DNA of 64,000 bases from contig NC_043003.1 of NCBI RefSeq assembly GCF_006345805.1, positions 91,140,001 through 91,204,000 of the forward strand, given 5' to 3'. The stretch comes from Octopus sinensis. Lineage: Eukaryota. This document shows, piece after piece, positions 40,476 through 52,472 of this stretch. The position numbers and the translations under genes were made by a program. Every line of letters begins with the position of its first letter. The first letter of the stretch is position 1. The notes under the pieces are model-generated. The model had not been told where the DNA came from, searched no databases, and worked only from the letters and a program-made list of their open reading frames with translations.

Positions 40476-43147
40476 TGTTATGGAGGTCAGTTCGGAGGCT
40501 GCGTGCTGCGACCTACGTTTGTGGTTGGCGTCGGGGAGACGGGTAGATCTTTTGTCCTGTCGGTTTTTGGGGAGGTTTATGTATTCGGAGACCTTTGGCC
40601 TTGTTCTGGTCAAGGAAGGGTCGAGAAACCTCCCCTTTAAAAACGCGACGCGCTGGAGTTTTGCAGTCAGTCGAAGGGAGTCAGTCGGAGTCGGCAGTTG
40701 GGATTGTGTTCAGTCGGTCGTCAGTTTTGGCCAGAGACAGGAGTGATGCGGACGGTCAGCCAAGAAGGTGGCGATGGCGAAGGCAACTACATCGTTGAGA
40801 AGGACAGACAGACAGTGAGAGGATGAAAGGTTGAGAAAGACAGGCAGATAGGATTAAGGAACTGAGAGAGATTACGGCGAGAAGGCATGGCTATTAGTAG
40901 TGGGAGTTTGTAAACGAAGAAACTTGCGGTATATTTTTGTTTATATTTTGATGTGGTGGGAAAAAAGAGTTGTTAAAGAAAAAAGAATTGTTGTGTTAAA
41001 AAAAAGGAGGAAGAAGTACTGAATTAAAGAAAAGAGGGTTAATATAGGGCGTAACAAATATCAGAAAATCAAAAAAAAAATGTGTGTAATAGGTGTAAAA
41101 CAACTTCCTATGAACGAATATGAAAAAAAAAATTCGCGCACGCGAAAGGGGGGTGGGGGAGAGGCCTCGGAAAATTCACATCGGGAAGTTCCGAAAGCGT
41201 CTGAGGAGCTGACCCGGGCACCAAAACAAAAAAAAAAATAGTGTAATATGTGTAAAACAACTTGCTCTAAACGAATATGACAAAAAAAAATGCGCTCTCG
41301 CGAAAGAGGGGTGGGGGAGAGGCCTCGGAATATTTATATCGGGAATTTCCGAAAGCGTCTGAACCGGGCACAAAAACAAAAACAAAAACAGCGTAATAGG
41401 TGTAAAACAACTTGCTCTAAACGACTATCATGAAAAAAATGCGCGCTCGCGAAAGGGGGTGGGGGAGAGGCTTCGGAAATTTCACATCTTCAGTCCACGG
41501 CCTTTAAACTAAGAAAAAATAGTGTAATTGGTGTAAAACTACTTGTTCTAAACGAGTATCAAGAACACACACTCACACATGAATCATAAACTCCGTATTT
41601 CGCAAAAAAAAAAAAAGAGAAGAAATTCTGGAAAAAGTGAAGAAATGTTGGATCTCATTCCTTGGTTAAAGCTATTTTAAACATTAAATTTATGCTTTTC
41701 TTTGAAATAGTTCAGATATATGCAATTCTTTTCACTTATTAAGATGCATTTATCAGAAAAAAAGAGACAGAAAAAATTATTATTTTGTGTCAATCCTTCC
41801 CTAATTATCCTTTATTAATTAGTTTTGGCGTGTATTTTTTCCCAAATTTATTTTTTCACCTTTACAACACTGTTTAGTAAAGCAATTAATTATCTTTATA
41901 ATTTGCATATTTGACTTATTAATCAAAATTCTCTAGATGTAATATATACTAAGTAATGCATCCTTCATTTATGTGTTCCGTTCTGTATTATGCATGCGTG
42001 ACTGTTTGTATGTAAGTGTGTTTAACTGTGCACATGAATGTGAATATTAAAGAACATATTTATTTACTATGATTGTTATTTTCAGAACAAATAAATCTTT
42101 GGCTGTTATGTTATTGATGTTATTATTATTGCTAGTTAAAGGGTGGTGACTTGGCTGAATATTTTGAGTCTTGTAGTATGTAGTTGTGTTAGTCAATATT
42201 CTGAGTTCAAATCCAACTCATTTCTTTATCATCATTATCGATGGTCCACTCAAAGAGGTATGTATACATTATCATTTTCGTAACATAATTTCTGTAGTAT
42301 TTCAAGATGTTTCTGACACGTATTTTGATTCACATGGCGGAGATCCAACATTTCTTCACTTTTTCCAGAATTTCTTCTCTTTATTTTTTTTTTTGCGAAA
42401 TACGGAGTTTATGATTCATGTGTGAGTGTGTGTTCTTGATACTCGTTTAGAACAAGTTGTTTTACACATATTACACTATTTTTTTTTTGTTTTGGTGCCG
42501 GGTCAGCCCCTCAGACGCTTTCGGAACTTCCCGATGTGAATTTTCCGAGGCCTCTCCCCACCCCCTTTCGCGTGCGCGAATTTTTTTTTTCATATTCGTT
42601 CATAGGAAGTTGTTTTACACCTATTACACACATTTTTTTTTTGATTTTCTGATATTTGTTACGCCCTATATTAACCGAAAAGAGAAATGTAAAAGAAATG
42701 AGATTGTGAAAAGAACTGTGTCGTTGAGTTGTGTTGAAGTAAAGCAAAAGAAAGAGAAAGACTTTAATGTATCGTGAACATTAATGTGATTTGAACTGTT
42801 GTCTCTGAACTGTATCTGCATCCTTTGATTTGTTGTTTTCTTGTTTTCTTGCATGTATTTTCTTTGATGTATTTGATGTTGTAATGATTGTCATAAACTG
42901 TGTTTAAACTGTTGTTAAAAGTAAGCCAATTGCCTTCCGCCGTCTCTCTCTGTATCTCTTCCTGCTGTTGTTGTTGTTGTTGTTCTCTCCGGTCGCCGGT
43001 TGCCGAGTTCGCCGCTGCCATCCCCACCACCGAGTCCTCTCTTTCTGCGCGGCGAATTCCCCGATCGACTGGGCCGGTGCAATCGCCGTCGCTCGACTTG
43101 GTAAGGTCCCGGGTTCGAGTTGAGCGACGGCAGGTGGTTACGTAACA
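40476..43147. mobile_element. composite inverted-repeat element bounded by two TGTTA..TAACA modules
   Basis: Modules 40476-41056 and 42657-43147; 41037-~41290 inverted at ~42450-42676; ~41530-41655 inverted at ~42340-42460; TA-rich flanks. Confidence 0.7.
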
Positions 43148-43214
43148 ATATATATATATATTCAATACATACATACATATATATATATATATTATATATA
43201 TATATATATTATAT

Positions 43215-43247
<33 letters not shown>

Positions 43248-43259
43248 TCAATATATATA

Positions 43260-44537
43260 TAAATTTAAAATGAGGATGAGAAATGGATAGTAATTTAATT
43301 TAATTAACATCAATTTCACACCAGTGGTCTAGCATATTAAAATCTGAAGGTTCAGTAAATTGTATTATATACATGAGAGGGATGACCACTATGTGGACAA
43401 CCCTTATGCTAGAGGTAGATCCGCTATGGTATTATCACCAAGAAATGTTCTCAAGAAAAATTTAGCAAACACCAGAACTTAATTGAGCAATACAAAAGAA
43501 AAGCAACAAAAATATGGATTATTCAGATATATGTTTCACTATTAACATATGTAATTTTACTTATGCAATTTGTCCGTAGATCGTCAGTGTGACTGTCCAA
43601 ACAAATCTAATTTGCAGAATATGTTAATAGTAATATAGTCACGACTGGTTGTTTTTTACGCAAAATTTTGTAAAAATCCAACTCGGATAGTTAAAACATC
43701 TTACACACATTTTTAAAAACAAATTATAATCTAGTGTGCTCGTTCCTTAATGAATGAGTACTCGTTAATTCTAGAGGATATTAAACAAATTTATGGAACA
43801 AATACAACTTATATGCTTGTAGATTATCTATCCTTATTTACAAATAAAAAATAAATTTAAAGCATTTGATGTTATATTTTAACGCATAAGGACTTTAGGG
43901 ACACCATGGGAGAAAGTCATTATACATTTCCATAAAATGTTTTTTGGGGATTAACCTCCACTTTGACACAAACTTTAAAACTAAAGCTTTCATATGCTAT
44001 ATACTATATAGTTGTGGTTTTTGTATATGATGTTCAAGTCCTGCCTACACATCTCACACAACCACTGCACTGACGCTCTTAAGGAGTCTATCTCAAATAA
44101 TACTTCATTTACATGTTTACACATACCACGTTAAAATAACTGATCATTTAAGGAATAAAGTTATGAACTCATCTAACATATATCAGACATTGAACTAACC
44201 AGTGTACATATTCATGTAAAGGATACTAGTTGCACAACTGGCAAAATAAGCTATTTTGTTGTTCCTGGCATCGTAGCCTATTTGAATAATCCTGTCTTTC
44301 GTTATTATACAAATACAAGTGATAAACATATCATTATATTATATTAAATTTATCAAAAAATACCAAAAATATTTCTAAAATTCCTTTAAAATCTTTTTTA
44401 TGTATTTGTCATTTTGAATTTCATTAAATATCATCTATGTCGAGAGTTTATACACAAAACTTTGCAAAATGAAATTTTGAGGATCGTTAAAGGGAATTTT
44501 CGTTTAACAAAATTTTCATTAAATGAAAAATTGACTG
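43260..44537 (-). mobile_element. possible highly decayed PLE 3' fragment in (TA)n
   Basis: TA-flanked; minus strand has weak CSGCVRC and NYIVYSI remnants and a degenerate CTGA..GAAA-palindrome motif near 43290-43360. Confidence 0.3.
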
Positions 44538-44540
44538 TAT

Positions 44541-44643
<103 letters not shown>

Positions 44644-44758
44644 TATCATTCACCATGATAGATCGCTAGCTACTACACATTCTTTTTTTTTTCTCTCCTT
44701 GTTTCTTTCTGTGGAAGAGCGTAGGCTCGAAACGACTTTTTCACTCCCGAACGTTATA

Positions 44759-44807
<49 letters not shown>

Positions 44808-44809
<2 letters not shown>

Positions 44810-45079
44810 AGGCACAATGGCCCAGTGGTTAGGGCAGCGGACTCGCGGTTGTAGGATCACAGTTTCGATTCCCAGACTGGGCGTTGTGAGTGTTTATTGA
44901 GCGAAAACACCTAAAGCTCCACTGCTGTACTCTTTCATCACAACTTTCTCTCTCTCTCTTTCTTCTGTCGGCCTGCTCGCTTAGCCAGCGGGGTGGCGTC
45001 ATTTGAAGGCTAAAACAATGCGAAGCGCATTGTGACCAGCGATGTGTAGCAACATCTGATAGCTTGGTCGGTCACGGTG

Positions 45080-45080
<1 letters not shown>
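44808..45080 (+). mobile_element. tRNA-derived SINE (second family)
   Basis: TGGCCCAGTGGTTAGG (A box) and GTTTCGATTCC (B-box-like); TA-flanked. Confidence 0.8.
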
Positions 45081-45110
<30 letters not shown>

Positions 45111-45359
45111 CCTGCCTTATATGGCTTATAGGTTAAATGAGGCATACTTGTCCTCACGGCCGAAACAGCTGTAGGATATGATATAATTATATATTATATT
45201 TTATATTTTATATTTCTATTTCCTTGTCTAATTATATTTACAGTATATTTTGTATAATGCCTTTGCTGTTATGTAATGGTGTAATAAAGTATTGATTGGG
45301 TATCATCTGATGGTTGATGTTTGATTGATTTAAGTATGTTTCTCCATTTTCTAATTTTG

Positions 45360-45416
<57 letters not shown>

Positions 45417-45859
45417 TGGTAACCACTAAAAGATGTGGTTCGTGACCAGTCACACGTGTGCTGAGGCTTGCTAAAGGATTTTACATTTAGATATAACTGG
45501 GGTACTCATGTGTACCCATGACTCTTCCCTCTGTTTGTAAGTATTTCATTTATTTCTTATCGTATTCTCTACTGAAGAAGGAAAATCCGTGGGATTAATC
45601 CCAAAATTGATTCAATATAACGAATTTTTAAAACTTCTGTTAGCTTGCCTTCCTCGATTTCTGCACGACGTGAATTCATGGCGAATGTATATTGTAATGT
45701 GGTGATTGACGATTTAAAGTCTATTCTCAACATATTGCCATGGAAATCTTTTTTTCTTTTGCCCTTGTTTATAATATTCACCTTTAATGGTATTTTAATA
45801 TGCTGCCACTTTAATGAAATTTTTGGGGGAAAATACATGTATGTATATATATATATATA

Positions 45860-47018
45860 TAAAATAGTAAAAAGGGAAAAAACTACAGAAGGCTTGTTTT
45901 AAAAGGTTAAAAAATATATATTTGAGTCATTATGTCAGAAGAATGTTATAAATTTTTTTCATGCAATGACATAGTTTTTGAAGAAATGACCGGTTTCGCG
46001 TTCAGCTTTTCAAATTTCTTACATCGTTATGTTTTCGTTGAGAAGTGTAAAGTAGAGTTCCAGATAAGGGGAGGTAATAAGTGATTTCTTCCGGTGTAAT
46101 CGCTTAATATTTCTTGCATTTTTTTTTTTGGGGGGGGGGGTGAGTTTCTCTGTATAAGAATGTTGGAATGGTTAAGTTTGGGCTTGTATTTTTCAATGAA
46201 GAATGTTTCCTTGTTTAGTCTAATTTGTGTTGGTGTTCCGATAGCACATTGGTAAAATGGAAAGATTAAAAATTGTGGTAGTAGTTGCTTTGCGCATTTC
46301 TCAATGTGCTCACTAAAGGGTATCATTCTGTATTCTGGGAATGCAATCTGTTGTCGATGCAGTGTGCATCTACGTCTGAGTGATAGTCCCGTGGACCCCA
46401 CGTAGTTTTGGTGGCAGCCCGAGCATCATATGACATAAATTATGTTTTCAGAGGCACAAGTAAAATTAGATTTGATCTTGAATTTCTGTCCCTCTTTGAA
46501 GAGGAATTCTGATCCTTCTAGCAGGTTTGGACATGTTGCACAGTTCGGTCTACCACATTTTTTTACTTTTGCATCCGTAATTTCAGAAAACAATTTTGCC
46601 TTTGTGAGTATCTTTTTAAGTGATTTAGGTTGTTTGTAGCTTTTAATGACTTGGTGTATGTTTAGAATTTCCTTTAATTTGGGGTCCTTATGAAGTATTG
46701 GTAAATTCTGGGTGATGATGGTGAAGGCTTCTTTGTTTCTGGGGTTGTATGTGGATATGTAAGGTAGTATTTTCGGGGAAGGTGTGTTGTTGTGTTGAAC
46801 TTTTCTCAAAGTTTCTATGTTGATTTCTGTTGCACGTCTGATCCCATCCTCCATGAGTTGAGCTGGGTAACGTCTGTCAATTAGGGTGTTTTTGAGTTCT
46901 TGCAGTCTAAAGTTCCTGGTATTTTGTTCTGACACTATTGTGCATATCCTTCTTGCAAGGTTGAAGGGGATGTTTGTTTTAGTGTGTCTTGGGTGGCATG
47001 AATCAAAAAGTAGGTATA
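45860..47018 (-). mobile_element. Penelope-like element, 5'-truncated (RT thumb, Cys linker, GIY-YIG endonuclease)
   Basis: YLLFDSCHPRHTKTNIPFNLARRI..LIDRRYP; KKCGRPNCATC; NIIYVI*CSGCHQNYVGST..RRRCTLHRQ..EHIEKC..R..KE.FFIEKYKPKLN; ORFs 46426-47064 and 46027-46401 are one frame split by a single TGA. Confidence 0.93.
45981..46020 (-). ncRNA. minimal hammerhead (U3-A8 core variant) immediately 3' of PLE ORF
   Basis: AAGAAAT-TTGAAAA-GC.TGAAC.GC-GAAA-CCGG-TC-ATTTCTT; 7-bp stem I; same strand as ORF, starts 7 nt after the stop. Confidence 0.7.
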
Positions 47019-47143
47019 TATTGGTAAAAACGGTAAGATAACAAAAGAAAGAAAGAGACCTCAATATTATGTAAATAGAGGAAATTTACATATACATACA
47101 TACATATACATGTATTTACTCACACACACACACACACACACAT

Positions 47144-47189
<46 letters not shown>

Positions 47190-47196
<7 letters not shown>

Positions 47197-47741
47197 AAAG
47201 CAAATAAATGTCACAACGAAGTACCGATATTTACTGGATATTTGCTTTTATGTATAATTTTCCCTCACGGGCTATTCTTTACTGGAAAGCAATACTCTCG
47301 TATTGCATTACTATTTTTATTGAAACTTCTTCACGGTTCTCATTCTGTCAACGTTTTGGCGTTCAGTCGAGTGTATTGGCATAGATGTGGCAACATTTGA
47401 AATGTTGTCGAGGTATATGTTGGCTGATGAAGATAAATCAAATATATGTGGGCAGACATATTTTGAAAAATCTGAAACCGGTACCACATTATCCCTTTCT
47501 AGGTATTTCATCTTTCAGATGTTCTCCCTGGAGGTAAGACAATTTTTTTCAAGTTTGTTGCACACACGCATTTTTGCTAGTACATACGCAGTGAAGCTAT
47601 ACATTAGCGTCATATTTATTACGTTCGCTATTTTCCAGTAAATATCGGTACTTCGTTGTGCCATTTATTTGCTTTTATGTATAATTTTCCCTCACGGGCT
47701 ATTCTTTACTGGAAAGCAATACTCTCGTATTGCATTACTAT

Positions 47742-47742
<1 letters not shown>
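47190..47742 (+). mobile_element. non-autonomous PLE/retrozyme-like unit: 427-bp monomer with 77-bp terminal direct repeat and 5' inverted piece
   Basis: Direct repeats 47239-47315 and 47666-47742; 47190-47238 is the reverse complement of 47634-47682; (TA)n flanks; central HHR. Confidence 0.8.
47417..47489 (+). ncRNA. type I hammerhead ribozyme, canonical core, minimal stem III
   Basis: ATGTTGG-CTGATGA-AGAT..(extended hairpin)..ATCT-GAAA-CCGG-TA-CCACAT. Confidence 0.8.
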
Positions 47743-47776
<34 letters not shown>

Positions 47777-47781
<5 letters not shown>

Positions 47782-48217
47782 AAACAAGTCAAAAATAGAA
47801 AATGCTAAGATGATTTTATAGTGAATCTTTCAGTACCGGTTTCGGTCATTTTGAGACCTTTTCAACTGTAACGATTAAATAATTAAATTTAGAAAAATTA
47901 GAAGAAAAGTTTTTTTAAAAGAATATTTCTGTAGTTGTGTTCAGATATAAGTAGCATTCTGCCTTTCTCTGACTCCCTTGTTTGCACTTGTGTCTCGAAC
48001 ACACAAGTGCAAACAAGGGAGTCAGAGAAAGGCAGAATGCTACTTATATCTGAACACAACTACAGAAATATTCTTTTAAAAAAACTTGTCTTCTAATTTT
48101 TCTAAATTTAATTATTTAATCGTTACAGTTGAAAAGGTCTCAAAATGACCGAAACCGGTACTGAAAGATTCACTATAAAATCATCTTAGCATTTTCTATT
48201 TTTGACTTGTTTTTTCA
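47777..48217. repeat. near-perfect palindrome, 217-bp arms, 7-nt loop, embedded in (TA)n
   Basis: Loop CTCGAAC 47994-48000; one mismatch seen; short tail to ~48251. Confidence 0.95.
48126..48163 (+). ncRNA. minimal hammerhead, U3-A8 variant (mirror copy 47831-47868 on minus)
   Basis: CAG-TTGAAAA-GGTC.TCAAAAT.GACC-GAAA-CCGG-TA-CTG. Confidence 0.65.
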
Positions 48218-48250
48218 TATATATCAACTCGTGTGTTCCTTTCCACCCTT

Positions 48251-48338
<88 letters not shown>

Positions 48339-48354
48339 TTCATATACACAAATA

Positions 48355-49890
48355 TCATCATCATCGTCATTTAAACGTCCGCTTTGCATGGACAGTTTGA
48401 CTGAGGGCTGGTGAGCCAGAGGCTGCACAGGCTCAATCTGATCTGGAAAAGTTTCTACAGCTGGATGCCCTTTCTAACACCAACCACTCCGAGAGTGTAG
48501 TGGGTGCTTTTATGTATCACTGGCACAAGGGCCAGACAAGCGGTTCTGGCAACGACCATGCTCAAAAGGTGTTTTTACATGCTACCTGCATGGGAACCAG
48601 TCCAGTGACACTGGCAACGACCATGCTCGAATGTTGTTTTTCATGTGACAGTAGGGCGACTCTGGCAACAATCATGCTTGAATGGTGCTTTTCACGTGCC
48701 ACCAGCACAAGAGCCAATCCGTGACCCTGGCAATGCTCATGCTCGGATGTACTTTTAATGTTCCACTGGCACGATTGTGAATCAGGTGGTGCTGTCATCG
48801 GCCACGTCAGCGATTTTGATTTGTTCTCGCTTGCCTCAATAGGTCTTCGCAAGCAAAGTACATTGTCCAATGAATGAGGGATACTCATAAGTGGGCCAGT
48901 TACACCCACTGGCATAGGCCATGGGCCATGGTCTCACTTAGCTTGTCAGGTCTTTTCAAACACAGTATATCTCCAAAGGTCTCAGTCACTAGTCATTGCC
49001 TCAGTAGGACCCAATGTTCAAAGGTCATGCTTCACCACCTCATCCCAGGTTTTCCTGGGTCTACCTCTTCCATAGGTTCCCTCAACTGCTAGAGTGTAAC
49101 AGTTTTTCATACAGCTGTCCTCATTCATTTGCAACACATGACCATATCAGCGCAGTCGTCTCTCTTGCACACCACATCTGATGCTTCTTAAACCCAACTT
49201 TTCTCTCAGGGTGATAACGCACTGTCGTGTATGCACACTGACATTACATATCCAGCGAAGCGTACTGGCTTCATTCCTTGCAAGTTTATGCATGTCCTCA
49301 GCAGTCACAGCCCACGTTTCCCTGCCATGTAGCATGGCTGTTCGTACACATGTGTCATACAGTCTACCTTTTACACTGAGCAAGAGACCCTTTGTCACCA
49401 GCAAAGGTAGGAGCTCTCTGAACTTTACTCAGGCTATTCTTATTCTAGCAGCTACACTTTCAGAGAATCCACCCCCACTACTGACTTGGTCCCCTAGGTA
49501 ACGGAAGCTATTAACTACTTGTAGTTTTTCTCCCTGGAATGCGACAGAAGCTGTTCTCTGCACATTTTCAGTGTTTATTGCTCCCGAGCATCTGCCACAT
49601 ACAAAAACTATCTTCCTAGTTAGCCTTCCTTTGAGATTACTGCACCTCTTATGTGTCCATAGCTTACACTAGGTACATCTTATAGAGTTTCTACTTACGC
49701 CCTTTCTACAGATCAAGAAGGGATTTGTGGTTTGTCTGCCTTCCTACTTATTAAGACTTTGTTTTCAGCTAGGTTGACTCTAAGGCCTTTTGATTGTAAT
49801 CCTTGCTTCCACACCTGAAACTTTTCCTCTAGATCTAATAATGACTCAGCAATCAGAGCAAAGTCATCAGCATATAGGAGCTCCCAGGGG
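48355..49890 (-). mobile_element. RTE-like LINE 3' 1.5 kb
   Basis: ELLYADDFAL at ~49855-49880, FRYLGD, KGRLYDTCVRTAMLHGRETWA; same 3' UTR and (ATG)n tail as 10238-11253. Confidence 0.85.
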
Positions 49891-49891
49891 C

Positions 49892-50730
49892 ACGTACATA
49901 TATGTATGTATGTATGTATGCATATATTTTATTTATTAATTTATTGCATGACTGAGCACCCTCGCGTCGTTTCGTTTCTTTTCTGTTCTCCAAGTAAGTT
50001 TTTATATATAATTATGACGCGAAACTCTGTAACCCTTTGCTTGACCTTCCCTTCCATCCTGTCTGTCTTCCTCTTTACCCGTCTCTCTCCTTCTTATTTT
50101 TCACCCTTTCTGGTTTCCTTTCCTCTCTATATATCTCTCTCTCACACAGCCGAGTCGACCACTTCCTTTCGCTGGCAGCCTCCTACAAGTGAACATGCTT
50201 TTTTCCTGCGCTCTTGAATTTTTCCATCATCTAGGCTAAAAAAAAGCCCTCAATGTTTGTTTCCTTGTCCTGTTTTTATTCTTTACTTATACTGTATTTT
50301 TTTGTATTTGTTTTTTTTTTATTTTGTATTGTTTTTACGTCCTATTTTTGTCACATTTTTTTCTTTCCTTGTTTTTACCCCTCTGCAATGGAATTTTATT
50401 TAATTCTTTCGCAGGAAGGGCTAGTTCGACGAGTCGTGTTCTGTCCTTACCTTCGAAACACGCATGGAGTCGAACTAGGGACAGCTGATGAAGGGGAATT
50501 TTCCTTGTATTGTTTGTCTTGTACTGTTTTTTCGTTGTTAAAAAAAGTCCGTTTCCCTGTTTGTTTTTACGTTTTCGTTTCTCGTTGAGTTCTACGTCTA
50601 TTTGTGGTGTCCTGTACTCACATATATATATTTATATATGCATGTATATATACATGTAGATGTAGGTACGTACATATATGTTTGTATGTATGCATATATT
50701 TTATTTATTAATTTATTGCATGACTGAGCA
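49892..50730 (+). mobile_element. non-coding element with ~65-bp terminal direct repeats (PLE/retrozyme-like)
   Basis: Direct repeats 49892-49958 and 50668-50730; contains HHR-like motif. Confidence 0.7.
50421..50496 (+). ncRNA. putative rearranged (non-circularly permuted) hammerhead ribozyme
   Basis: CTAGTTCGAC..CGTG-TT-CTGTCC..CCTTC-GAAA-CACG..GTCGAACTAG-GGACAG-CTGATGA-AGGGG. Confidence 0.65.
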
Positions 50731-50737
50731 TTGTATA

Positions 50738-51637
50738 CTAGCTTAAGGTGACCCGCTCTACACGCAGGTAAGAGTGTGGTTGTTACTTTCTGTTGCTTCC
50801 TTTCTGTTTTTTATCACCACATTCTCCCTCTTTGTTTCTCTCTCACTTTCCCACTCTCTTACTCTTCCTTTCTCTCGAACTCTCCCTCGCTTTCTCTTAC
50901 TCTCTATCTTTATCTATCTCTCTCCCATTTATAAACAACAAAAGATCTTGAGTAAGTTGAGAAAGAAACTAGTTTGAAAGATCAATCATAAATATCAGGC
51001 AGTGACAACGGAAAGGTCTGCTTCAAGGCAGAAAGCAAAACACTAACATTTAAAAGGGACAGACGAACTTGCGAGCTGAATAAAAATAATAAAATATTGG
51101 AAACCAAAGTTTGAAAGGATAGAATCTGAGGATAGTAGAGTCACCATGGCTGGCATTTCTTAACGAAGGACAGCAACGTAGTGGCAGTTTAACGGCTGGC
51201 GTAAAATTTTGAACTTGATGTAAAAGAAAATTCCTAAACACCAAGCTTTGAAGTGATTCTTTCTCACGACAGTAGACTCACCATGGCAAGCATTCAAAAC
51301 TTCTTCATCATGGACGGCAACACATTGACGATTTAAAGGCTGGCGCAAATTTTTTAGCTTCATGTAACAGAGAATTCCTAAACACCCGCTCCTGTAAATT
51401 TTAATCCCCTTCCAGCCTCATTTAGACCTGTTTTCACATTTTGGTTAATATAACCCGATTTCATTCGGGTCTACTCGGGTCACATTTTATAAGATGAGGA
51501 ATTTTGTCCTAGAGGTCACGCCTTTCATTTGAGGAAAAAAATAGTTGCCATGCAAACTCGCCAGCACTTTTAACATAGGTGTGCATATTTTCTGCACAAC
51601 CGACCACATAATGCACACATTATATATATATACGCAT

Positions 51638-51668
<31 letters not shown>

Positions 51669-51691
51669 ACGCATTATATAAAAATGTATAC

Positions 51692-51736
<45 letters not shown>

Positions 51737-52472
51737 TAAATTAGAGATAAAACCACTATTAGGCAAATCAAACAGTGAAAAACATAAACGAAAACATAAA
51801 AATACAAATATAATATACAAAATATATAAAATATAAAATTTTAAAATTTTAATTATTTAAATTTAAAATTAAAATTATTAATTTATATTTATAATTTTTT
51901 TAAAGATATATATAACTATCAAAAAGTATTAAAAAGTTTAATATACATATTTATATATAGAACACACACACACACACACACATAAATTAACCCAATAAAT
52001 ATCTGATTCATAATATTTGTTCTCCTGATTGTGTGGTGATGGTGGCGATGATAATTGTCTATGAATGCAGACAGACGTAGAGAGAGAGAGTGAAAGCGCT
52101 GTCGAAGGCAATGAGGAGGGGGAGATATAGAACGCTGTTTGACGACGTTATAAAGAGAAAGTGAAGGGGAGTTAGACGCTGTTAACGACGTTATATATAG
52201 AAAGTGATGGGATGGGAGGAAAGAGAGTGAGTGACGGAGGAAGACAGATACATAAAAGAATGAGAGTAGACTTGTCAAAGTGCGTTTTTGGCCCTAGCAA
52301 CGACACCTTTTAAGATATGGATTTCTGACCTAGCCCACTGGCATCCTCACCTCATTTTACATGTCCTTGTAAATTTTGGAGTCAATCTGACGGGATCTAG
52401 TGGCCTTTAACCCGTTCTCAATGCCAAAACCAGACAAACAAACTTTTCGCATTTCAGTTTTATAAATAGAGA
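50738..52472 (-). mobile_element. non-autonomous Helitron, copy 1
   Basis: Minus strand starts TCTCTATTTATAAAA and ends with hairpin CCTGC..GCGGG then CTAG. Confidence 0.85.

Noticed and set aside
44808-44882. tRNA gene
   Set aside because: A/B boxes are present but there is no closed acceptor stem and the sequence runs into a ~200-bp tail, so it is a SINE head
46426-46428. In-frame TGA next to CxxC in the PLE GIY-YIG domain as possible selenocysteine
   Set aside because: The paralog at ~8755 has AGA (Arg) at this position and the site is not a Cys position, so it is best read as a nonsense mutation
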